Of a stretch of 51,312 nucleotides of DNA, positions 41,789 through 48,994 are shown piece after piece (positions within the stretch are counted from its first letter, which is position 1; each line of letters starts with the position of its first letter). This stretch comes from Streptomycetaceae bacterium (GTDB lineage Bacteria; Actinomycetota; Actinomycetes; Nanopelagicales; Nanopelagicaceae), in assembly GCA_027488165.1 (NCBI GenBank), contig JAIYCF010000061.1:1-51312 (forward strand), written 5' to 3'. The notes under the pieces were generated by a model. It ran no database searches, was not told the origin of the DNA, and saw nothing but the letters and a program-made list of their open reading frames with translations. Position numbers and translations under genes: made by a program.

Positions 41789-43278
41789 TTCAAACCTGCA
41801 ATCGCTGCTGCCAGAACTTTACGATCGTCGAATTCTAATTTCTTTCCATTGATCTCTTGTCCAATTTCGTGGCCCTTGCCCAAGATCGCAATCGTGTCGC
41901 CTTGCGATGCCAGAGATACGGCGTACTCGATCGCGCTCTTGCGATCTTCAATTATTCTGGCCGGCTCAGAAACTTTTAAGTTACCAACCATATCTTTGAG
42001 AATTTGTGCTGGGTTCTCTGAGCGCGGATTATCGCTGGTGAAGATTGCGATATCGCAACCTTGAAGCAGCGCTTGTCCCATTAATGGACGCTTTGTGGCA
42101 TCTCGATCTCCACCACAGCCAAGCACTGCAATAACTTTCCCAGTTGTAAATTCACGAATTGATTCGAGCACGTTAGAGACCGCATCAGGTGTATGCGCAT
42201 AATCAACAAAGGCCGAGTAATTCTGGCCCACATTTACCTCTTCTAGTCGACCTGCGGCGCCAGATAGCCCCGGAAGCACAGCTGCAATATCAATTGGATC
42301 GACCCCTGATTCGACAGCAATTGCAACAGCCATCAAGAGGTTATCTAAGTTATAGCCGCCGCGAAGTTTGGTTGAAGATTCAATAAGAATTCCACCTGAA
42401 CCGCGGATTTTAAAGTGAACTTGTTTTCCGGAACTATCAATTTCAGCAAAGTGCCAATTAGCTTGCGTATTAAATTTAGATAGAGAGATCACCGGAAGTT
42501 CAGTTTTATCAGCCAAGCGCGCGCCATATTCAGTATCAATATTGATAACCGCTTGATCTGCAAAATCATAGGTGAAGAGTCTGGCTTTTGCGGCAAAGTA
42601 ACTCTCGATATCGCCATGAAAATCTAAATGATCTTGCGTTAAATTTGTAAAACCTACATAAGCAAAGTGTGCGCCTTGCATGCGATGTAGAACCATGGCA
42701 TGGCTCGAGACTTCCATAACTAGATGACGCATATGTCGCTCACGCATTACCGCCGAAAGCGCTTGTAAGTCAGTTGCCTCAGGCGTTGTGCGCGAACTAT
42801 CAATGGCATCTTTTCCGATACGAGTTTCAATAGTTCCGATTAATCCGCAATCACGACCTGCTGCTTGAAATATTTGATAAATCAACGTCGAAACCGTGGT
42901 CTTGCCATTGGTGCCGGTGATACCAACACTTGCGAGATCTCGCATTGGTTCGTTGTAGAGCAGAGCAGCAATATTGCCAGCAACGCGGCGAGGATCTGCC
43001 ACAACTAGAACTGGAACTCCTTTAACCTGCGCTACACCCGCGCTATCGGTTAGAACGGCTACCGCACCTTTACTTATCGCGCTCATCGCAAACTCTGCAC
43101 CATGGCGATTGGCGCCTGGAATCGCTATAAATAGATCGCCTGGTTCTACTTGAGTATCGCTATGGGTTACTCCAGTGATTTCGATATTCGAAAGGTCGGC
43201 TTCACTTAATTCATGGGTTGCAGAGACAGCGCCAGCAACTTTCGCTAAGTTTAAATTGCTCTGGCTAAATGGGCGCAT
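41785..43278 (-). CDS. murE: UDP-MurNAc-L-Ala-D-Glu--diaminopimelate ligase
   Basis: TGTNGKTT, MEVSSH, TNLTQDHLDFH, DYAHTPD, DAP-type DNPR motif, GKGHE. Confidence 0.96.
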   Translation of the reverse strand: MRPFSQSNLNLAKVAGAVSATHELSEADLSNIEITGVTHSDTQVEPGDLFIAIPGANRHGAEFAMSAISKGAVAVLTDSAGVAQVKGVPVLVVADPRRVAGNIAALLYNEPMRDLASVGITGTNGKTTVSTLIYQIFQAAGRDCGLIGTIETRIGKDAIDSSRTTPEATDLQALSAVMRERHMRHLVMEVSSHAMVLHRMQGAHFAYVGFTNLTQDHLDFHGDIESYFAAKARLFTYDFADQAVINIDTEYGARLADKTELPVISLSKFNTQANWHFAEIDSSGKQVHFKIRGSGGILIESSTKLRGGYNLDNLLMAVAIAVESGVDPIDIAAVLPGLSGAAGRLEEVNVGQNYSAFVDYAHTPDAVSNVLESIREFTTGKVIAVLGCGGDRDATKRPLMGQALLQGCDIAIFTSDNPRSENPAQILKDMVGNLKVSEPARIIEDRKSAIEYAVSLASQGDTIAILGKGHEIGQEINGKKLEFDDRKVLAAAIAGLK

Positions 43279-45101
43279 TATCTGCTCTTTAAGCTCGCCT
43301 GGGTGGTTGTCGCTTTTGCACGGCGTTCTTGTTTGCGCAGCTCTGCTTGCGTTAGCGCGATAGGACGAACCTCCGTACCTGTTGGTGCAACATGCTCTGA
43401 CTGCAATACAAATGTCATAACCTTTTTAAATACTGGGCCACCGAGTGAACCGCCGTAATAAGCGCCCTTAGGATCTTGGATTGTCACGCTAATTACATAC
43501 TTAGGTGCATCTGCGGGAGCAAAGCCAATGAATGAAGCGGTGTATCCGCTATAGCAACCACATTCTGTGTTATAGCGTTCTGCAGTTCCAGTTTTACCAG
43601 CAACGCGGTATCCAGGGATTGCCGCACTTGGTGCAGTTCCATGGCCCGAGACAACTGATTCCATCATCAAGCGAACTTGCTGTGCAGTCTTGGCGCTTAC
43701 AACTCTTTCAGATTTGCGAGCAGCAGCTACCGTAAATTTTCCTGATGGATCACTCGTACCTGCGATAACAGTTGGCGATACCCGCACCCCATCATTTGCA
43801 ATAGTTGCAAAGATGCTGGTTGCTTGCATCGCAGTAACCGAATATCCCTGACCGAAAGCAACGGTAGGCGCTGTTGTACCTGACCATTCATTAACTGGAT
43901 GGAAGATTCCTCTAGATTCGCCAGGTAGCCCTGAACCAGTTGAGACACCAATTCCAAATTTAGTTAGGTAATCGTGAAGCTTTTCATTGGAAAGCATTTC
44001 GCCAATTTTTATTGTTCCGGTGTTTGAAGATACCGCCAAGATTCCAGCAGTAGTTAAGTGTTGAATCGGATGGCGCTCATGGTCATGGAAAGTATCTCCC
44101 CCACGCTTTAGAGAATATGGAACTGATAAGACAGTCTCGGGTGTTACCTTCTTCTCTTCCAGCGCTGCAGCCAAGGTCATGATCTTTCCTGTAGATCCTG
44201 GCTCATAAACATCTTGTACTGATGGATTTCGCATCAGTGATTGAGAAACAGTCTTGGTGTTGTTGGGATCAAATGTTGGAGCAGTTGCGTGAGCCAAGAT
44301 ATGGCCCGTCTTTGGATCCATCACGATCACTGTTCCGCTAGATGCGCGAGCTTTAGAGACGGCTTCTTGAATGGCTTGTGCCGCAACCCATTGCACATCA
44401 CGATCGATAGTTAAACGAACTGTTGTGCCTTTCTTAGCCGCAACAATTTCATTCTGTGATCCAGGGATTTCCGCACCTAAGCCACGTGCATATGAGTAAC
44501 GACCATCAGTTCCAGATATCAACGAGTTCATACTTGATTCCAGGCCGGTAGCACCAATTCCATCTTGGCGAACGAAGCCAACGAGTGAAGAAACTAGTGA
44601 TCCTGATGGATATTCGCGGATGTAGTTACGTTCTGCAAAGAAACCTAAAATTCGCTTATCAAAGTTCTCTTTAGCAAGAGCTGAATTATGGGCATCAATC
44701 GATTCGCTCAAGGTGCGCCAGATCGCCGGCTTGGCACTGCGTAGGACCATTGCATATCGCTTGGTGCCAGAGATCGCGCTCTGTACCTGCGCGACTGTCA
44801 TGCCTAGAATCGGAGCAGAAAAGTTTGCAGTTGCTGCCGCATCAGTAATAAGTGTCTGGTCAACGACGATATTTATCGCTGAGACGCTGCGGGCAAATGG
44901 GGTGCCATTTATATCTGTGATTTCACCGCGCGCGGCCGGAATGGCACGCGTTGACTCCATCTCATTGGCAGCTTTTGCCCGATAGTCGCTGGCTTGAATC
45001 GCTTGGATCTGAATCAGACGCGCGGCAAAGAGTAGAAAGAAGATCAAGATAAAGACGATGAGTATGCGGATGCGCGATGCCGCCAGATTCAAATTACCCA
45101 C
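43278..45101 (-). CDS. ftsI: class B penicillin-binding protein FtsI
   Basis: TM anchor, RGEITD, EPGSTGK (SxxK), SSN, KTGT. Start placed at GTG 45101 (GGAG 9 nt upstream, overlapping the ftsL stop); the ORF track gives 45116. Confidence 0.93.
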   Translation of the reverse strand: MGNLNLAASRIRILIVFILIFFLLFAARLIQIQAIQASDYRAKAANEMESTRAIPAARGEITDINGTPFARSVSAINIVVDQTLITDAAATANFSAPILGMTVAQVQSAISGTKRYAMVLRSAKPAIWRTLSESIDAHNSALAKENFDKRILGFFAERNYIREYPSGSLVSSLVGFVRQDGIGATGLESSMNSLISGTDGRYSYARGLGAEIPGSQNEIVAAKKGTTVRLTIDRDVQWVAAQAIQEAVSKARASSGTVIVMDPKTGHILAHATAPTFDPNNTKTVSQSLMRNPSVQDVYEPGSTGKIMTLAAALEEKKVTPETVLSVPYSLKRGGDTFHDHERHPIQHLTTAGILAVSSNTGTIKIGEMLSNEKLHDYLTKFGIGVSTGSGLPGESRGIFHPVNEWSGTTAPTVAFGQGYSVTAMQATSIFATIANDGVRVSPTVIAGTSDPSGKFTVAAARKSERVVSAKTAQQVRLMMESVVSGHGTAPSAAIPGYRVAGKTGTAERYNTECGCYSGYTASFIGFAPADAPKYVISVTIQDPKGAYYGGSLGGPVFKKVMTFVLQSEHVAPTGTEVRPIALTQAELRKQERRAKATTTQASLKSR

Positions 45102-45525
45102 GGACCACATCTCCATTAGTTACATCGTTACTTACTGAATCCGCAATCGGTGCCAGGTTTAGGAATACTGGAGATTCAGAAGGTCGCATTCCTAGTTCAG
45201 CTGCTTTCTTTGCCAGGGCTTCCGGTGAAGAAGCGCGATCGATCTGGCGATTAATTGCCTCACGTTGATCAGCGACGATCTTCGCCTCGGCCTTTAACTC
45301 TGAGAGAGTAAATGCATCCTGGGCCAGCAAGATATTTACTACGAGCAACATCAGCAAACCGATACCGGCAATGGCTGATAAGAAAGTCGCGAAGAAGCGA
45401 TGAGTGGCTTGCGCGCCCTCGGAAACGTTTGGTACTAATTTTAAGAAAACTTCTGCCGACTTTTCAGAGAGCTTCTGGCGAGGAGGGCGCGGGGCGCGAG
45501 TTGCGATCGTCTGAGTAAGTGCCAT
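45094..45525 (-). CDS. ftsL: putative cell division protein FtsL
   Basis: TM helix, then coiled coil and SPEAL..KA..LGM; located between rsmH and ftsI. Confidence 0.75.
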   Translation of the reverse strand: MALTQTIATRAPRPPRQKLSEKSAEVFLKLVPNVSEGAQATHRFFATFLSAIAGIGLLMLLVVNILLAQDAFTLSELKAEAKIVADQREAINRQIDRASSPEALAKKAAELGMRPSESPVFLNLAPIADSVSNDVTNGDVVRG

Positions 45526-46482
45526 TTACGCAGCCAACCTTTCGATCGCCCGTAAACGAACTGATGCAGAACGTGGATTATTTGCTAGCTCTTGATCAGA
45601 TGGTGTTTCGCCTGATTTAGAAACAAGTGCAAACTTGGCAGCGAACTCAGGTAGATCTACGGGAAGATCGCGTGGCGTCTTTGATGTTGAGCGTTCAACA
45701 AAAATCTCTTTGACGATGCGGTCTTCAAGTGATTGGAAGGAGAGAACAACTACGCGTCCGCCCACCATCAAAAGATCAAGAGCGACAGGCAGCGCACGAG
45801 TGATGGCACCGAGCTCGTCATTGGCTTCGATGCGAAGTGCTTGGAAGGTGCGCTTTGCTGGATTGCCACCTGTGCGGCGGGTTGCAGCGGGGATGCTTTC
45901 TTTCACCAAAGTTGCAAGTTCTTGGGTTGAGTTCAGTGGTGCTTTCGCGCGGGCTTTAACAATGTTTTCAACGATTCTTGTAGCAAACTTTTCTTCGCCA
46001 TAAGTACGCAAAATCTTTACGAGTGCACCCGGTGCGTAGGTATTAACGATCTCTGAAGCAGTAATTCCGCGAGTGCGATCCATGCGCATATCAAGCGGTG
46101 CATCCTGTGAATATGAAAATCCACGATCTACTTCATCTAATTGAATAGATGAAACGCCAAGATCAAAGAGGATTCCATTAACGCTTTCATAGCCATGGCT
46201 AGCAACAACTTCGCCGATGCGATCGAAGATTGCGTGGTTTGGCTTGAAGCGATCTCCGAAACGAGCAAGTCGTGCAGATGCTCGTTCTAATGCGATTGGA
46301 TCGCGGTCAATGCCGATAACAGTTAGTGTTGGAAATTTTTCAAGTAGGGCTTCGGTGTGACCGCCCAGACCAAGTGTGCAATCAACGATAACTGGTGACT
46401 GATTTAGCAGAGTTGTTGGAGAGAATAATTCAATGCAACGATCAAGCATTACTGAAATATGTTGCGTACTTGCATCGTTCAT
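45526..46482 (-). CDS. rsmH: 16S rRNA m4C1402 methyltransferase
   Basis: HISVML, DCTLGLGGH, DLGVSSIQLD, PLDMRM, FQALRI, SLEDR, NPRSAS. Confidence 0.97.
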   Translation of the reverse strand: MNDASTQHISVMLDRCIELFSPTTLLNQSPVIVDCTLGLGGHTEALLEKFPTLTVIGIDRDPIALERASARLARFGDRFKPNHAIFDRIGEVVASHGYESVNGILFDLGVSSIQLDEVDRGFSYSQDAPLDMRMDRTRGITASEIVNTYAPGALVKILRTYGEEKFATRIVENIVKARAKAPLNSTQELATLVKESIPAATRRTGGNPAKRTFQALRIEANDELGAITRALPVALDLLMVGGRVVVLSFQSLEDRIVKEIFVERSTSKTPRDLPVDLPEFAAKFALVSKSGETPSDQELANNPRSASVRLRAIERLAA

Positions 46483-46541
46483 CTACTCCCCCTTTTTCTT
46501 AACTAGTTATCTAGCAATTACTTTTTTACCTTTTACTTCAT

Positions 46542-46642
46542 CTCTCATCTCTGGTCACCGCCGGCCGACGGATCTAACGAAAGCGACACCGGGGAAGGGG
46601 TGTCGCTGCCGGCTTTAGGTCGGCGGTGGCCACAGATGAGAG
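46542..46642 (-). ncRNA. mraW RNA motif (cis-regulatory hairpin)
   Basis: Long interrupted hairpin (plus strand CTCTCATCT..AGATGAGAG; GGTCACCGCCG..CGGCGGTGGCC; GCGACACC..GGTGTCGC) upstream of rsmH/mraW. The minus-strand terminal loop is CCUUCCCC, containing the CUUCCCC hallmark of the actinobacterial mraW motif. Confidence 0.88.
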
Positions 46643-46683
46643 CGCTATTAAGTTTTTTTATTTAGTTTTTTTATTAATATTTC

Positions 46684-47115
46684 TCAGAAGAGACCCGGAA
46701 AAATCTCCTCTGAAACCTCGGCAAAGCCCTTTTCACGATCTGTTAAATAAGAGTTCCAAGCTGCGTTATCCCAAATTTCAACGCGAGTATTTGCACCGAT
46801 AACAACGCAATCTTTTTCAAGTCCTGCATATGTACGAAGTCCGGCAGGAATAGTTACGCGACCTTGGCGATCAGGAATTTCATCGTGTGCGCCAGCAAAC
46901 ATCACGCGCATGTAATCGCGCGCATTCTTTGATGTAACTGGTGCCTGGCGCAGGGTTTCGGTGATCGTTGCAAATTCAGCGGATGGAAAAACGTAGAGAC
47001 AACGTTCTTGTCCTTTTGTAATTACTAAACCTGCAGAGAGTTCTTCGCGGAATTTTGCGGGAAGGATTAAGCGGCCCTTTTCATCAAGGCGTGGCTCGTG
47101 GGTACCGAGAAACAT
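46684..47115 (-). CDS. mraZ: transcriptional regulator MraZ
   Basis: MFLGTH...LDEKGRL, DRQGRV, VIG..RVEIW; 143 aa; first gene of the dcw cluster. Confidence 0.97.
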   Translation of the reverse strand: MFLGTHEPRLDEKGRLILPAKFREELSAGLVITKGQERCLYVFPSAEFATITETLRQAPVTSKNARDYMRVMFAGAHDEIPDRQGRVTIPAGLRTYAGLEKDCVVIGANTRVEIWDNAAWNSYLTDREKGFAEVSEEIFPGLF

Positions 47116-47171
47116 CTTCGCGAACCCCCTTCCCCGAGGACTCTGGTAAGCGGTGAAACCCGCTTAATCCC

Positions 47172-47247
47172 CCACTTTACTCCACTTTCCTCCTTTTTCA
47201 ACCACCCTCCGCCACCTTTCCCCCACCGCCTCCCCTAGCCGCCCCAC
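47172..47247 (-). promoter_or_regulatory. MraZ-binding GTGG repeats with ~10-bp periodicity
   Basis: Plus-strand CCAC at 47172, 47182, 47202, 47212, 47223 and 47244, with degenerate copies at 47192 and 47232, upstream of mraZ. Confidence 0.75.
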
Positions 47248-47271
47248 TCCGGTGGCCCATTTTTAGGCAGC

Positions 47272-47299
47272 AAAAAAGCCCCCGCATAAGCGAGGGCTT
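47272..47299 (-). terminator. intrinsic terminator after the DUF3040 gene
   Basis: Minus strand AAGCCCTCGC-TTAT-GCGGGGGCTT running into a T tract. Confidence 0.85.
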
Positions 47300-47322
47300 G
47301 GGTTGAACTGGTTTAGTGGCAG

Positions 47323-47694
47323 TTAGCCGTTATTGCGCTGATCCCAACGATCTTCAAAGCCTTGGGTGAAGCCCTTTCCAAAGCCTTTGCCGCGTGGGCG
47401 CTTAGCGAAAGAGCCTTCGCGAGCGCCTTTCGAAGCTGCCGCCGCGATTGCGTTGGCCAAAATGATTACTCCGATAAGGGCGAAGATAAAGCCGATAACC
47501 CCCACGATAGTTACCTGGGCGATCAGACCGGCGAAGAGGGTGGCTATTCCAACTATTAGAGCGGCTACCCCAATTGCAGCTGCTGGGCCACGACGGCGAG
47601 CGCCAGAAAGCGTAGAGACGAGCGCTGGGTCATCAGCTGAGAGCGCCTGCTCCATCTCTGCTAGCAAGCGTAATTCGCGATCGGAAAGTGCCAT
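47323..47694 (-). CDS. DUF3040-family membrane protein
   Basis: MALSDRELRLLAEMEQALSADDP N-terminus, two TM helices, FEDRWDQR C-terminus; start placed at ATG 47694. Confidence 0.85.
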   Translation of the reverse strand: MALSDRELRLLAEMEQALSADDPALVSTLSGARRRGPAAAIGVAALIVGIATLFAGLIAQVTIVGVIGFIFALIGVIILANAIAAAASKGAREGSFAKRPRGKGFGKGFTQGFEDRWDQRNNG

Positions 47695-47722
47695 ATACAC
47701 ACAATAGAACAACTTTTAGCTA

Positions 47723-47806
47723 GGTGCTAGTTGGTTAACCAACTAGTCCAGAAGACCTAGCGGTGCTAGTTGGTCTACCGAGTAGCCATAGGAATTGCTA
47801 GTCGGT
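47723..47806. repeat. perfect 20-bp palindrome plus three GCTAGTYGGT direct repeats
   Basis: CTAGTTGGTTAACCAACTAG at 47727-47746; GGTGCTAGTTGGT at 47723 and 47762; GCTAGTCGGT at 47797. Confidence 0.8.
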
Positions 47807-48994
47807 CTCTTCTTCATCGGATTCAGCCTTAATCAAGCGCCCCGGACGTACGCTGCCCCGTCCAAAGCGCGCCTTTGCACGATCAATTGCCCCTTCAGCA
47901 TCGCGCCAACCCTTCTCGCGCGCACCCAAGACCAATTGTTCTGGTGAATCTTCCTGCAAGTTCTCAAGAGAGACTCCAACTAAGCGAAGCCGAGCACGAT
48001 CGATCTTTAACGCTAAGTAAAGCGCTTTCACAACTTCATAAACCTCATGGGTGCTATCGATAGCAAGTGGCAAAGTCTTTGATCGATTGATCGTTGAGAA
48101 ATCTGCAAAGCGCACCTTTATGGAAATTGTCTTTGCAAATAAACCTTTCTCTCGAAGTCGCGCAGTCGCCTTCTCGGTCATACGTAAAAACTCTTGCAGG
48201 ATCTCAATTGGATTATCTAGATCAGTAGAAAAAGTTTCAGCAGCCGAAATTGATTTATCTGGTTCTTCGGGTGTTACATCACGATAGTCACGTCCCCAAG
48301 CAAGTTCATAAAGTGAAGCACCTGCTGCATCACCGAGTGCGCGAATCAAAGTGCTGCGCGGAGTATTGGCGATATCGGCAACGGTGTGAAGGCCAAGTCT
48401 TTCCAGCTGTTCGGCAGTCTTTGGCCCAACCCCCCAGATCGCACCAACGGGCAGCGGATGCAGGAAAGTTAAGATGCGATCGCTGGTGATTTCGAGCATG
48501 CCGTTTGGCTTGCAGTGTTGTGATGCCAGCTTGGCGATAAATTTAGAAGGCGCGATTCCAACGGAACAGGTAATGCCTTCTTCTTTCTCAACGCGAGCTC
48601 TGATTGCAGTTGCAATCTCGCGGCCTGTGCCCAATAACTTGCGCGCACCTGTGACATCTAAGAAAGCTTCATCTAGAGATATTGGCTCGACTAGCGGAGT
48701 AAATGATTCGAAGATCTTCATTACCCGTTCGGAGATTTCTGAGTAGCGATGATGATCTGGTGCGATAAAGATTGCGTTAGGTGCCATCCGTTGGGCACGA
48801 CCGACGGGCATTGCTGCTCGGATACCGAATTTACGCGCTGCATAGTTTGCAGATAGAACAACGCCACGCGCGCCGGCGCCAACAACAACTGCTTTGCCCC
48901 GAAGCTCTGGATGATCGAGTTCAGCAACAGATGCATAGAAGGCATCCATATCGACGTGCAAGATCGTGGACTCTTGCTCTTTCTCTTGGCTCAT
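47798..48994 (-). CDS. dinB: DNA polymerase IV (Y family)
   Basis: ILHVDMDAFYASV, SANYAARKFG, SLDEAFLD, AKLAS...KPNG, WGVG, RLVGV. Start ATG 48994 overlaps the upstream dnaE stop (ATGA). Confidence 0.95.
   Translation of the reverse strand: MSQEKEQESTILHVDMDAFYASVAELDHPELRGKAVVVGAGARGVVLSANYAARKFGIRAAMPVGRAQRMAPNAIFIAPDHHRYSEISERVMKIFESFTPLVEPISLDEAFLDVTGARKLLGTGREIATAIRARVEKEEGITCSVGIAPSKFIAKLASQHCKPNGMLEITSDRILTFLHPLPVGAIWGVGPKTAEQLERLGLHTVADIANTPRSTLIRALGDAAGASLYELAWGRDYRDVTPEEPDKSISAAETFSTDLDNPIEILQEFLRMTEKATARLREKGLFAKTISIKVRFADFSTINRSKTLPLAIDSTHEVYEVVKALYLALKIDRARLRLVGVSLENLQEDSPEQLVLGAREKGWRDAEGAIDRAKARFGRGSVRPGRLIKAESDEEETD

Noticed and set aside
46483-46683. AT-rich tracts flanking the mraW hairpin (and 33500-33586) as foreign DNA
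   Set aside because: They are short intergenic spacers inside a conserved operon, more simply explained as unstructured linkers.
47723-47806. Repeats as a mini-CRISPR array or IS end
   Set aside because: The units are only 10-13 bp with irregular spacing, and there is no cas or transposase gene.
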